Assembly (NCBI RefSeq): GCF_009914755.1
Contig: NC_060939.1
Length of the DNA: 64,000 bases
Strand: one strand, 5' to 3'
Origin: the human T2T-CHM13v2.0 reference genome, Homo sapiens
Shown: positions 43,501 to 57,635 of the stretch, piece by piece
How positions within the stretch are numbered: position 1 is the first letter of the stretch
How the letters are laid out: each line of letters begins with the position of its first letter
Program-made: the position numbers and the translations under genes
The notes under the pieces: model-generated
Told to the model about the DNA's origin: nothing
Databases searched by the model: none
Seen by the model: only the letters and a program-made list of their open reading frames with translations

Positions 43501-46136
43501 CTGAGAACAAGCTCGTAGAAGAAACCTGTGAGATCTACCACTGCTCAACAGGGTACACATGTGTTTTAAGTTTTGTCTTACTACACCTGTGAACCCACAG
43601 TGTGCACTGCTCAGATCCTGGTCTCTTTTGCCCCCCATGTTGACCCCATGTCACAGAATCAAGAACATGAGGGTCTAAAGTGAGATCAGAGATCAATTCA
43701 AACCTCTTCAAACTCCAAAAATCTCCACTTCAACCCCTAAGCCAGAAGGCAGCATCTTTGTGCAAACTCGCCAGTGTGAGAAAATCAACACTTCCCATTG
43801 CTTCTAAAGAACTCTAATGTTAAGAACCCTCTTCCACTAAGTTGCAACCTCTTTTCCTGTAACTTGCAGCACACCAGTTCAGCTCTGCCGTCGGGGGCTG
43901 CGCAGAGATCCCTCATGCCCTGGCATCCTCCAAAGTATCCCCTGCACACCTCGTCCACATAAAGACACTCAGTCCTTCCAGCCGTTTCCTTCATCATCCC
44001 CTTCCCTTGCCTATGAACGTGCTTCTGGCTCCTGAAGTCCTTCTTAAAACAGACTTCCCACGCTGAACACAAGCCTCCTGGTGCCACTTAACCCCTGAAG
44101 GGCTTGGCAGGACTAACACCGCCTTCTTCATTTCCGAAGATGAGGCTGGTGTTAATACAGCTCAAGAACACACTGGTCGTGTGAGTGCAGCCGACAATTA
44201 CTCCACACCTACGGGACGGTCAGTTTGTTTCATCTCTTATGCCAGCCCTAATCTACTGGCAGTGGCCGCCTAGAGTTGGGAAGGCCTGTGAGTTGCGATT
44301 CAGTGGAGAAGGGAAGGTCCTGGGATCAATGAGTAACATCAATGAAGTATGTGAAGGAAGTAGGGACAGATATACTCGCTGGCAGTGATACTGTCATTAA
44401 GCTGCATTTCCTCCATCCTGTACATTAGTTGATCTGAGACTTAGCCGATGTTAAATGCCATCTGGAAAGCTGTAAGGCACATGGCGAGTGCATGGACTTC
44501 AACATTGACAAAGGGCTTGAAGCCTGGCTCTGCCATTTACCAGTGGAGTGTCCTGGGCCTCATCTTCCTCTCTATAAAATGCAAATACTACTACTATTAT
44601 AGGATGGGGTGAAAATGAAATGCAATCACGCATTGCTGCATTTGGCCACTTTTCAAGGTGACCAACAACTTCATGGACTCTGAATTGCCGCATACCCTTT
44701 TCCCTCCCATCTTGGCGCCATCTCAATGTCTGATGAGCATACTACCTATCTCCACAGCCAGGTCATGACTACAGCAGTCAAACAAGCAGTGATTCCAGCG
44801 CCCGGGGCAGGCAGGAAGCAACTCTCTCAGGTAGACATTCCTCTACTAATAAGCATCCATTGAGTAAGGTTATCCAACTGTTACAAACTCCTTTAACTGC
44901 AGCAGTATCCAGCTCACAGTTCTCCATATTTCCCCATCAGGAGGGCTGAGAGTTTTGCAGAAACCTGAGCAAAATTTTCCATCCCCTATCTCTGCACGAT
45001 CCTTGGCTGACTTCTAGGATTGTCGCTTTTATTTCTGAGAGCTCACAAATTATGTTTGATGAGCCATTCTGGAATGTTTCCTATAAGCAATATTAATATC
45101 GTAAGTTGAAATGTATGCCATTTGTCTCATTTCCCTTTTGCAAGATGGCATCTGCCTATTTTTAGTCTTTGGCATTCCTTCCCTTCCTTCATTGCTCTTC
45201 CACAATTATCAATGTGGTCTGCCACTCCCATTTGCAAATAAGTTCTTTTCATCTGGACCGAGAGAGCCAGACTCATGTGAAGCAACTATTGACCTCTCCT
45301 CACCTCCTCCATCACCCAGGACCTCAGCTCCCACCGGTACAAGGTGCACTGCACATCCCTGGTGTGTAAGGTGAGACTTGCTGGGCCATTGAGACGGAGA
45401 TAAGCATGCCCAGTGATAACGTTAGAGCAGGCAGTATCTGTCAGCGTGCCCACTGTGTTCAAATGGGGGCATCTTTACAACCCTTTGCAAATCCCTAAGG
45501 TTGAAAACATGATTGCTTTAGGGTGCTCTTCGACTTTCTTTCCCTTTGGTAACCAGCCCTCTTGGCTTTCCTTCCTGAGCCACCTTTCACAAGGAAATGA
45601 ACTTTACAGTCACTTTGTAGGAGTTGCTATAAACACAAGGACCACTGAAGACTAATGCCAGGCAGGTACCAGGCTCAACCCGCAAGAGGTGAACCAGCTT
45701 CTCTGGACATATGATTCATGTTGCAGCAAGAAGTGATCTGGTTCCTGGACTTTATGGTTTACTCTGAACCCCCAGATTCCAGAAGTTTCCACCCAGCATT
45801 TGAACGTTGCTCTGGTCTTCCAGGCCATGGGTAATAATATAACAAATGTGGAAACAGAAAATGATGCTTTTCATACCTGACTCAAGACACCCCAACAGGC
45901 TGACCTGCCAACTCCCTATTTCACCAAAAGGGCAGCCACGGGACCAGCTCTTCACACATGGTCCCTGGCAGTGAGGGTGGGAAGAAGACACCCTCTAGGA
46001 AAAGCACAGTCGCTCACATCTCGGCTTCTGCCCCCAAACTGAAAATAAAAACTGAATGGGAGACCAAAAAAAGGCAAGAGAGCAAAGTCAGCATTTCACA
46101 GACAGGGACCCATAGTCTGCCTTTTTTGGCAAGTCA

Positions 46137-46620
<484 letters not shown>

Positions 46621-49600
46621 AGAACACACACACAAAACCAGGTGCTTTGGGAATTTTTAGGGAGAGTCTAACATTCTTCTTCAGTGTTTCTGACAGTTTT
46701 GCGGCTTCCTTCCATATTCTACGTGGAAAACCCCCATTTCACGGGAAACCCCAATTCAAGTTGACCAGCATGTTTCCATACAAGTTTGTAAATATCCAAG
46801 AGTTTGATGTGCTCAAGTTTAGCCAAAAATGTACCAGGTTTTATAATGTGTCAAGTCACATGTCTGGACTAGAGTGAGGTCTCTTTGACAGGTAGGATCA
46901 GTGGTGGCTGTACCAAGCACACCTGCTAAGAAACCTGTCTCCAGGTGATAGAGGAGGCTGAACGGAAACCTAGCGTCAAATTCCAAAGCCAGCTGACAAT
47001 CCCTGAAAGCCTTCTAGCACTGCACAGGCAGCAAACAAAGCATGGCCAAAGAGCAGGGACCAGAGAAGAGATTCCAAAGCCAGGGTATGAAAGCTATCCC
47101 GAAAACACCCCCGCAGAAACAAGATGGAAAAAAAAGTCTTTTGCTTTAACCCACCAAGTTATATATACCTGCAGCTGCAACACTGAGCATCGGACTGAGG
47201 AATGAGTTAAACCAAAAGGTCCACCCCTTGGATGTCCTTAGCTATAGTTGTCTCAAACTATCATGTTCTACACGAGTCCCCTGGCAGGCCTGAGCCCTGC
47301 ATTTCCAACCAACAGTCTCCAGGGTGATGCAGACGCTGCTGGTCCAAGACTACACTGTGAAGTGCAAGGCACGAGTTGAAGTCCTAGGGTGCCTCTCCAC
47401 TGTGTGCAGCACCAAATGTGGGGCTTCTTCCCTCTGCCAGATTCTGAACTAGGCATGGGATGTAGGAGTTTTAGGTGAAAATTGTTAAATCAGAAAGGAC
47501 AGCTCAACTGGGGGACGGTATATGGAGCGGGGCTTTGCGAGCTTGTTCTGCTGAGTAAGCCGAGTGTGGACCAAGCAGCTGGCAGGAAGTTGGCTGCCTT
47601 TTTCTTTATAACTCTCCTCCTGCTGCTGGGAGCAGTTTCTGACATCCCTGGGTCATCACAGAGCATGTGCCACAAAGCTTCACAGGCCCTTTATTAATTC
47701 AGGTGCTCCCCAGATGCAGAGCCACCAACACAGCCAACCACAGACTCACTAGGTGTCATTTACCAAAGCAGCACATGCCTCTGTATGGAAGGAATAACAG
47801 GAACATGTGCTCCTGCTGAAGGCTCCCCTGACCAGAAACCAACCCATGCATGCCTTTGGGTCGTCAGCAGGCGTCTTGTCACTTGTCTTCAGTGTCTGAA
47901 GCTGCCTCACGGCAGGCGTCCTCCTGGATCTGCTATGTCCTTGGTATGGCGATAGTATTACCAAGTTTGACTTCTAAAAACTACCACTGTGGATGCCCTG
48001 TCTTTCTCTTTAGCAATCCACCCGAATGCAATCTGGGAAAGCCGTGGCCAAGGTGTGGGCACAAGTTCAGGCCCTGACATGATACACCCAGCACCACAGG
48101 GCCCAGCTTCTCCCAGTGGTTGCCTGCCTCAGTTGCCTGCATCAGCATCACCGGGGCCTTGGAAACCCTAAGACTCTTCCCCAGCTCAGTTCAACGCTGA
48201 CCAGCCTGCCTTCCTCTCATTGGCTGCTGATACCAATCACAAGTGAGGTGTGAGTCACTGAGGCTTACTTAGCAGAGGCCCTCTCAACACTGCAGAAGTG
48301 AGGCTCTGCTTAACAAGAGGATGCCCTACTCATGCTTCCAGCGACTCGCTAAGAAAATGATAACCTCCCTCATTCTACATCCATCTACTGATGTATATTT
48401 TTTTCCAAGAAAGGCCATTCCCAGATCCTCATGCTGGCTCCTGGAAACCACCATCTGTGCTCTGCTCTGATGTCAGGAACAAAGTGCATGATTCCGTGGC
48501 TCTCCCAGACCCCCCAGCCCTTCTGCTGGCCCTCTCTGTCTGCCACTGCCATTTGGCAAAACTACCACCTTCGCACAAAGTGAGAGCAAGCCATCTGTGA
48601 CCTCAAACAGATGGAGATGAGAAGCGCCCTTTCCCAGAACGTGCCATTGAGTGGGCTGGTGGCAAGGTCCCCAAAGGCATTCAGGTTTCTTCCAGAGGCC
48701 ACAGGTTGGGTTTTCCAGAGGCCACAGGTTGGGCCTGTCCACTACAGGAGAGGTCATTTCCAGAATGAGAAGAGAATGGTTGACCGGAGCAAGGGCACAG
48801 GGACAGCAGGAGGAACCCCAAGAGGGGCAGGTCTGGAGAAGTCAGGTACTTGGTTTCAAGTTGTCCACTGGCAGTGGGCAGTAGGTGCACAAGGGTTTCA
48901 GGCAGGAAACCAAACACCTGGAAGAATGGGGACACTCCTTCTGCAGAGAAAGCTGCATCAGATCACACCCCTGCCACCTGAGCACGAAGGAAACCCTAGC
49001 TGTGTAAGCCAAAGGTGTCTTTTCAAGTAAAGGTGAAGTGAGTCCAGTTACCAAGAGAGCCACCTGGACAGGGCTCAGCGCTGGCCCTGGTTCTGTTCAC
49101 GTGTGGAAAGAGCACTGTGCTGTGGCCTGAGCTTCTGGTCCGAGTCTCCACTGGGCCACATAGCGCCGTGGGAAGGGAGGTGGCTCACCGTCTGCAAAAT
49201 GTCGACTCTGGACATCCCTTCCAGCTCCAAGAACCACTCAGTTGAGGCTGCCAGAAGCTCTGACACAAGAAAACTACATCTCAGCTAACTGCTGGAAGAG
49301 TCTGGAAGTTCTGAGGGGATTTCAGAATCTGGTTATTTAGCCAAACTCAACTTCCCTCCTGCCTCCTCAAACACCACCTTGGATGACATTATTTTAGGCA
49401 AGGGAATCTACCTGATAATTAAATGCAAAGGATTCCTGGGGCAGAGACAAACATCAGCACAGCGTGTGTAACCTGCCTTATTCAGTAACGAAACTCTGGG
49501 GGCAGAGGAAGCCTCTCCACGGCTGGACTTCCTACCGTGACGCTGAGCTCCAGCCAACAGCTGTTTGGACATGCTGCTCAGAATACAGGTAGGACTGCAT

Positions 49601-50167
49601 GTGCCTGCTTGCTGACAGGCTTTTAATGGCTTTCTGTTTGAGTTTCCCTCCCTCCAAGCCAGGCATCAGGCCTGGCCTGGTGGGATTTGGGAAGGCTGTG
49701 GCTGAGATCCTCTTTGGAACAGAGGCTCTGGGTTTTCCAGACAACTGGAAGAAATGTCGTCGCCTCGCATGAGACTCCACATCAATGATGAGACTCCAAG
49801 GAAGAGCAATGCAGTTTCTCTGCAACCCGTGAATGCAGGACTGTGAGAATTGCTGCAGACAGCAGTAGGGCCATTTAGACAGAGCCCACAGTCACAAATG
49901 CTCCTTGCTGCTCTGGTCACTGCGGGGGCACCTCCCATCCAAGATTCTCTGCTGGGGAGGGGCCAGAAGGAAATTCTGCTTTTATTTGTGTGAGAGAAAG
50001 GGAGAGGGGAGGAAGCAAGAAATCAGGCAATGCTGAGTGGGGCAGAGCAACAGCTGCCCCGTGGGTCCTCCACAGTCGCAAGCTCATTCTATCACAGCCA
50101 AGGCACCAGGAGGTTTGTGGCTTGTAAAGGTGAAGAACCCTGCAAGTCTCACCAGCAAAACACCCTG

Positions 50168-50285
50168 ATGTGACTTACGCATTGCATGCCTGTATCAAAG
50201 TATCTCATGTAACCTATAAATATATATACCTACTATATACCCATAAAAATTAAAAATAAATATAAATACATAAATAAAAGGAAAT
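50168..50285 (+). mobile_element. L1MA 3' terminal fragment
   Basis: cattgcatgcctgtatcaaagtatctcatgtaacctataaatatatatacctactatatacccataaaaattaaaaataaa. Confidence 0.75.
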
Positions 50286-53200
50286 AAGGCCTGCACGTTT
50301 TGAACAACTCTGGAATTTGGGTAAGACTGCCGTGCCCAGTGGACGCTCACACACGGACTTTGATGCAGGGGCCAAGTGCAGAGGAAACGTATTCAGGAAT
50401 CACTCCAAGCTCCGCTGAGGGAAACGTGAGAACCCTTCAATGCTTCAAGCACCACCAACCAATTACCCTTCAGTAGAGAAGGGAAGACTGCCTGAGGCCA
50501 TGATTGCTAAGCAGGAACTGGGGATGAGGCCCAGGCAGGAACCTGCTGGGAAACCTGTCTGGAGCCTGTCCAAGGCTCCATCCCTTCCTGGGGGGAGGCA
50601 CCCCCTTTTCTGTTCCTCCAGGAAGGCCAACCCCTATGTGAACACAACTGCCCTAATCCCAGCTAGAACAAAAGAATGCTCCCTCTCCCTCCAGGATTTC
50701 TAAACAGTTATGACATTCTCAGAAATTCTCTCTCTGCATACCTTCCTTTCAATGCCGGCCCATCTGATGTCTGTGCTGTGCCTACTAGGTGGAGCACTCA
50801 GGCCAAACATTTGAGGCAAGAGCAGCCACCACCCATGACTGTCTGCTGGTGGGTTGCCTGCTTGCCTAGATCTGTCCTGGGTCCATTCCGTGTCCCCACA
50901 GCACTGTGCCGGCTGGCTCGTTCTTAATACAAATCACAGACAAGCATTTCCATGCTTCACACATCTGGATAATGGCTTGCTTTCCTTCCTGTTCTGGGAC
51001 TGAGACAATTTCTTTTCATTTGAACCATGTCAACTCCAGTTATGGGAACATTTCCCCCACATGGCTCTCCCCCAACCTTCCCTCCTCCCCATCACTCCCC
51101 CAGACATGTGTCCACCCACTGCCCATGGGCCACACTTTGCAGGGATCAGATTCCTTCACGTTCTGAGCTGCAGGCCAGGCAAGCACGTGCCTAGTCAATG
51201 TGGCATCCTTCCCGACGTCCACTGTCCCAAACTCACCTTGGCACAGCATCACATCTGGCTGGAAGCATCCAATGTAATGAAAATTAGAGAAGACTGAGCT
51301 TCACCTGCACCTGGTGGCAGCCCCACCTGCCCTCTGGCCTTGCAGGGCTCCACCTGTCCCTCTGCTGCTCGCTCTCCTGCCTCTTCTGGGTCCAGGCTTC
51401 TGCCCGGCCCATTATTCCAGTGGCTCCACCACAGGTCACTTTACGCTTTGCGCCATGTCCTCCTTGAGGTCTCCCGGGAGCTGACGGAGTAGAGAGAGGA
51501 CTAAGCCTGTCTATGCTAGCAACATTCAGAATAGCTGGGTCCTGAGCGCTCACTCAGAAGTGGTGAGGTGCATGGAACTCAGGGTGACCGAGAGAGAGGT
51601 GAAGTGGGTGGGTTATTTTCAGCACAGCCGGGCTCAGCACTGGGGGAGACCCAGTGTTGGCTCCCCAGCACTGGGGCCTTGGAGGCATGGCGGAAAGAGA
51701 TGGTGGCAGGAATGTGGGCAAGGCCAGAAAGAGCAACAACGAGACACCTCCAATGTTGCGTCTTCCGCGGTTCTCCACCTGGGATGTGCGGAATCTCCTG
51801 GAGAGCTTTCCTGAGCTTCCTCCCCGAGAGTGAGCGCATCGGTCAACAGTGGGTGACGCTGGGCCACTGCATTTCTAAACGCCCAGTGCTCCTGCTGCGC
51901 GTCACTGCCAGGCACCATCTACGCCAAGCTCCCAGCTTGTGTCAAGACAGTGTTTTCCAGAGGCCACGGGCTGAGCCTCCCCACTACAGGAGAGGTCAAC
52001 TCCAGAATGGAAAGAGAATGGTTTTTTGACCGAAGCAAGGGTGCAGGGACGGCAGGGGAAACCCGAGGAGGGGCAGGTCTGGAGAAGCTCCTTCCCGAGG
52101 AGAGGCTGCAGGAGGCTGAGCACGTGCGTGGCGCTGGTGCCACTTGGGCTGGAGACCTCCCGTGGTTTGGGCCGGCTCCCAGGGCCAGGCATTTCTTGAA
52201 CCCTGGTCTGGCTCAGGCTTATCTAACAGACACTCCTCACTCCAACAAAGGCAGAGGTTTATTTTCTGCAATGAGAAACCTTTTTATTTCTCTGTATAAA
52301 GATATATCCTCTTCGTTTTTCTGAGTGGGTGGCGGATAGTTCACAAAGCAGACTCCCTCCCTTCCACTGTCACCCCACCTAGAAGGTCCTGTCTCTAGAC
52401 ATCTCCCAGGAGTTTGCTGCCTTACCTGATTGAGACACAGGTGGGCACAGGGTCCTGGGTTTCCCTAGGCCCAGAACGACTAGTGGACACTTGGTTCTGT
52501 GCCCTCCTGCCAGCAGCTGCACTAGGACCAGCTCCTCCTACCAGGCACCTCCCCTGGACCTAGCTGCAGCATACCAGACACACTTCCCTCGAAACACAAG
52601 GCACTCAGCAGCCTTCACAGAGCTATGCACTTTCTTTTATACCGGAGCTTCCAAATCACAGCCAACAATAGATGCTACAATCCAAACAGCTGCATTACAC
52701 CCACCTTAAAGTCACACTAAAGTTACTGCCAACTGCCTCCTTGATCTGGGTTTTATTTTTGCTTTTTCTCACGGGCAGTCAGCATAGAGCTGAGCTTCTA
52801 CTCATCATCAGGGGTCAGTCCTTCCTAGGACCAACCAGAGTTGAGCCTGAAAAGCAGGGGCCTATCTGAGAGAAACAAATGCTTACTTCTGGATTTTCCT
52901 CTTTCTCTTTAAAACCAAATTGTGATCGGCATGTTGGATGCTGACATCCAGGACAAGGCACGCTGTCCTGGTTTCTTGAAGGAGAAAACCCTGGGGCGTG
53001 TCATCCCAGCTGGGCAGTTTCTCTCAAGGAACTGCCCCCCATTCCATGGTTCCTGTCTTAGCAAGGATCAGCGGGTAAAAGATGCCTGTTGTAGCCATCT
53101 TCCCATGTGCAGGGGCTGCTGCTTTCTAACGGCCACCGCAGGATGGAGAAAGGCAAAAGGAGACCCCGGCTAAAAACACTCACTTTACGGTGCATTTCTC

Positions 53201-56046
53201 AAGCTACCGCTATGGAAAGGGACACAGCTGCCTTCCTCACACTCAACGCTGCCAACATTTCTAATTACTAGCTGAACCCAAAGGTAGCACATGGCTGCCC
53301 ATCAGAATAGCCTTTCACGGGCAAGAAGACAACCAAGGGCACGGGTGTACATTTAGGAGCCTCCAGGCTGTTGTTAGCGTGACCGCTGCTCAGCAGCTGA
53401 CTCTGCCTCCAGGCAGCAGCAAGGGTGGCCCCTCTGCAGCTTCTCACACAGCACCTGCACCAGGACTTGCCATCCCCCAGCTCGTGTCCGCAGCAGGGCT
53501 GGGAAGTCTTCTGCAGCCTGCTCCTTTGTCAGGGCACAGAATCAGAAAGCTGTTAATCGAATGAATCCACAGCTTCAGCTCAGTGGTTACACGGGAGTTA
53601 ATGATGATATAGGAGAGGCAGGATCTGTGAGAAGGCCCCGGGCAAGAAGCTTTTAAAATCTCAGATTCATTTATGTATTAATATGTAAATGGAGCCTGTT
53701 CCATGTTTCCGTAAGACCACAGAACTATTGATCATTTTCACATTTTCACATTTTCACCGGCATCACTTTCATCCTAATAGTCTCAGACTTACATTAATTA
53801 AATGACTGGCCCATTGTTTGGTCTCAAAAAAAAAAAAAAAAAAAAAAAGAAGCTGTCAATCTCATCTCAAAAAAAAAAATCTGTCAATCTCACCCACAGT
53901 ACTCGAGTGTCCTAGGGAACCCCTCTCCATGATACGGTCATTGTCCTTGGTCAGCCAGCAGCAGCTATACACATGGACATTTACTTCCCTTAAACTGAAA
54001 GTACCTTGGTTTTTGACTCTACAAGTTCTCTTATTATTTATTTCATGTAATTTGTATCCTTATTTTAATGGGCCTATTGCAGCATGTATAATCATATAAG
54101 TGATCCCAAATCATATTAAGTAGTAACTATAAATTTTTAAAAAAGCAATACTAGTTTCCTAACCTGTAAAGTAAAACCTATATAATGCCTACCTCATAGG
54201 ACTGACTCAATGGCGTGATAAACACACAGCATCTCACACAGTACCCTGCACATAGTAGGTGTTCAATAAACAAGAGCTCTGACCTGAGTTAAACATCACT
54301 AGTATGTTATTAATTCATGGCTGAAGCAGCAGTATTGACATTACCATGGCAAGAACTTTAAGTTTAATTACAACTTAGGACCTATTTGACTGCAAATTGG
54401 ATTAGAGCCAGTTTATTGTACCAAATAAATTATGTTTGATTTAAAATAAAGCCATGCATACAAAGAGACACTAGAAAGAGAAGAGGGAGGAAAGTATAAT
54501 TCCAGGATGTAGATGAGTTAATTGCTGAAAATAAGCCCTAAATCTAGCTTTGTGTTTTCTGACAGCCAATGCAGCAACAAAATCATGTGAATCTGTGCAA
54601 CTCATTGTTTGATAAGTGGAACGTACAGCTCACACAGAAGTGGAATTTTTTTCCTGACAATCAGATTTTAGGGTAGCTGCTTACACCAATCGCCCTACGA
54701 CGCACATTAGGTAACGAACAGGAGAGCCACACCTTTGCGTGCTGTGTGCAAAGGCACACACGCACATACCTTCCCTCCAGAAATGTTTCACTTTGTCAGC
54801 ATTCCATGGTAAGGGACCGGTGGGTGAGCCACCTGGAGACTTTCTTCACATAAGCTAAGGAATATGGAGTTAAATGGCTCCACTGTATTCCAAAATAGGG
54901 ATCAGCTTTCCGGTTTCGTGTCTGTGAAACAGCCTGGCCGGTGGCTTTGCTGAGAGTGCAGGTTGGTCTTGGCCTTTTCCAGCAGCCCATATAGCCTGCA
55001 ACCACAGCCCAGCAACCAGAGGGGCCTGCTGACGGGGAGGACATAGCTTCATCCTCAGGGATCTGCTTCCCAACACTTGCGACTAATCAAAGACTTCCCT
55101 GGGAAACCTGTAATTACCCAAAGAGGGGGAGGGCCAAATGCTAGCAAGATTTATTGGCTTTGATTAACAATAAGGTGTTTGTTTTTGTCGGTAATTGGAG
55201 TTCAATAGCAAGCTATAAAGAGTCCTCCAAGAAATTCTACACAGTCTATAGCTAAAGGGTACTAAAGTGTGTTTGAATCTAACCATTCATCTTTGCAGAC
55301 CTCCGCTGCAGGGAGGCCAGTGTTTGATCCGGCACACTCGAACAGGTCATCAGGGAGAAAATGGCCCTCTGTATTTTTAATGTCTGATGAGAAAAGACCT
55401 CCATGCGGCATGTGTGCGCCCACACGTATGTGCAAATGGCACTTAGCATGTGCCATGCTGCTGGATGCTGGCGTGGGACATTGCAGTTCATGTAACTATA
55501 GCTCAACCCACCTTATTTAAATTGACTATTCAAAGGCCCATAGCAACTCGGGTGTTGGTAAGTACTCTGACATCCTGCATTCTCATAATCATTAGGTAAT
55601 TGATTCTTAGGTACTACGGCATGCTGGTTGGGTCCCTTGATGGTGGGAAGATGTTTGCCAAACCCATTCTGATTTATGCTTTTTTTCCCCAGCAAATCAC
55701 TCTTGGATACAGGATTTTAAGAACTCAGAGGTATTAATACAAATGCAATTGAACTTCATTTAAAAAACAGTTCTGTGCAAAGAATTGTCGCCAGTATTTT
55801 TAAAAATAGTGTTGAGATGAGATAACTGTGCACTCAGAGACAACTTCTCATCTTGCTTCACCAGGTCCTGGGTCAGTATCATGGGATTTCCTCCCTACCC
55901 CAGGAATTGCACATAACATCATTTCCACTCTCTGTACCTACTCACATCATGACATACAATAGGTACGGAAAGGCCAACTACCAAACCCCTCTACAGGAAT
56001 GGAAGAAATTAAAATGGCGCTAGATAAACCAAAACAACAACAAAAA

Positions 56047-56418
56047 CATGCAGCCATAAAAATGGATGAGTTCATGTCCTTTGCAGGGACATGGATGAAG
56101 CTGGAAACCATCATCCTCAGCAAACTAACCCAGGAACAGAAAACCAAACACCGCATGTTCTCACTCATAAGTGGGAGTTGAACAATGAGAACACATGGAC
56201 ACAGGGAGGGAATACCACACACCAGGGCCTGTTAGGGGATGGAGGACTAGGGGAAGGACAGCATTAGGAGAAATACCTAATGTAGGCGACAGGTTGATGG
56301 GTGCAGCAAACCACCATGGCACGTATATACCTATGTAACAAACCTGCACATTCTGCACATGTATCCCAGAACTTAGAGTAGAATTAAAAACAAAAAACAG
56401 CAAAAACAAAACAAAAAG
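56047..56418 (+). mobile_element. 5'-truncated L1PA (about L1PA7/8) 3' end
   Basis: gcagccataaaaatggatgagttcatgtcctttgcagggacatggatgaagctgg...aacctgcacattctgcacatgtatcccagaactta plus A-rich tail. Confidence 0.92.
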
Positions 56419-57529
56419 GTCATAAAATCAATTCAGTGGATATGGACCAGCATTTTAAAAAGTGAATTAATAGAATATAAATTCATTAAAAGGCATCACT
56501 CATAAAAAAACAAACAAACAAAAAGTAAAGCCACAGATATGGCAAATGCTTGAGAAAAACAATTGCTTTTATACTCCTTCTTAAACACTGACTTTACTCT
56601 CGTAAAAACTAGAGTTAACACTTGAGATTCCAGGCATCTTACTGTGTAGGTCATTAGGAAACCTTTACAATAATTTTTCCCCCAAGAACTAGATTTCCAT
56701 TTACTTATGTTCTATTCAATCCAATATAAACCTTTCCACTGTTTGGCATGCTCTGGCCTCCTCAATTTAATTTTCTTTTAAGCTCTTAAGCAGTCATATC
56801 ACAATCTTTCCTTCAGAGAAACATAAAACAGACACCTACTCTAGGAAAAAGAACAACCCTCAGGCCACAGTTTGAGCGTCGTCTGGCTTTCTGCCGCTTG
56901 AGGCTTCCTACAGATGGTCACAACCTGGGGCCAGCCACTCAACAACCCCTCTGACGCTCTGTTTCCTCATCTGAACAACCAGGAGGTTGCCTCGGACTCT
57001 CCTTAAGGCAAGCTCTAAGGTTCTATGGTTATTTCATCCTAAAGAGAAGAATCGCTGTGTGCAAAGACTCTCATCCACAGCTGTTAATTCTTCAAAACTA
57101 AGACACTAAATTCTACAATCAGAAAGTTGGACTTTAGAATTGGCAGAAAAAGACATGGAAAGTCAACAGTATAAAGATGCATCCCATTATGTGAATAATA
57201 GACTTAGAGTGAATCAAAGATCATGCTCGTCCCGGAAAGGAAGTACAATTAAATAAGGACATCCTGAGAGGAACCTCTTCTTTCTAGTCTGTTGGCTTTA
57301 AGAATAGATGTGCACATCAAATTAACATTTCAACTCTCCAAGCCAATCGGTGCAGTCATCTCGTGGGGTCTCTGAGGGTTTGGACCCTAGTGTACTGACC
57401 TGGGTCCTTTATTGCAGATGCAGCAAAGGCATAGAGCAGCACTGTTTTAGAACTTACAGAATTCAAGTGAAAAATCTGCACTCAAAAAGGACTGAAAGAA
57501 AACAGGACGACACAGAGTCTGATACTTAC

Positions 57530-57635
57530 TTGTGGCCCAGCTCATGGGCGATGGTAAAGGCCAAATTGAGACCATTGTCTTCGGCAAGCACACACTTCCT
57601 CTTAGCACTGCACACACCTCCTAAGTAAGCAATTC
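57530..57635 (-). CDS. ADAMTS17: ADAMTS17 coding exon (probably exon 8), metalloprotease domain up to the first two Zn-binding His
   Basis: Minus strand tgtgtctctgctgcag|GA ATT GCT TAC...CAT GAG CTG GGC CAC AA|gtaagt; 106 nt; translates (G)[34 protein letters not shown](N). Not in the ORF track; read by eye. Confidence 0.97.
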
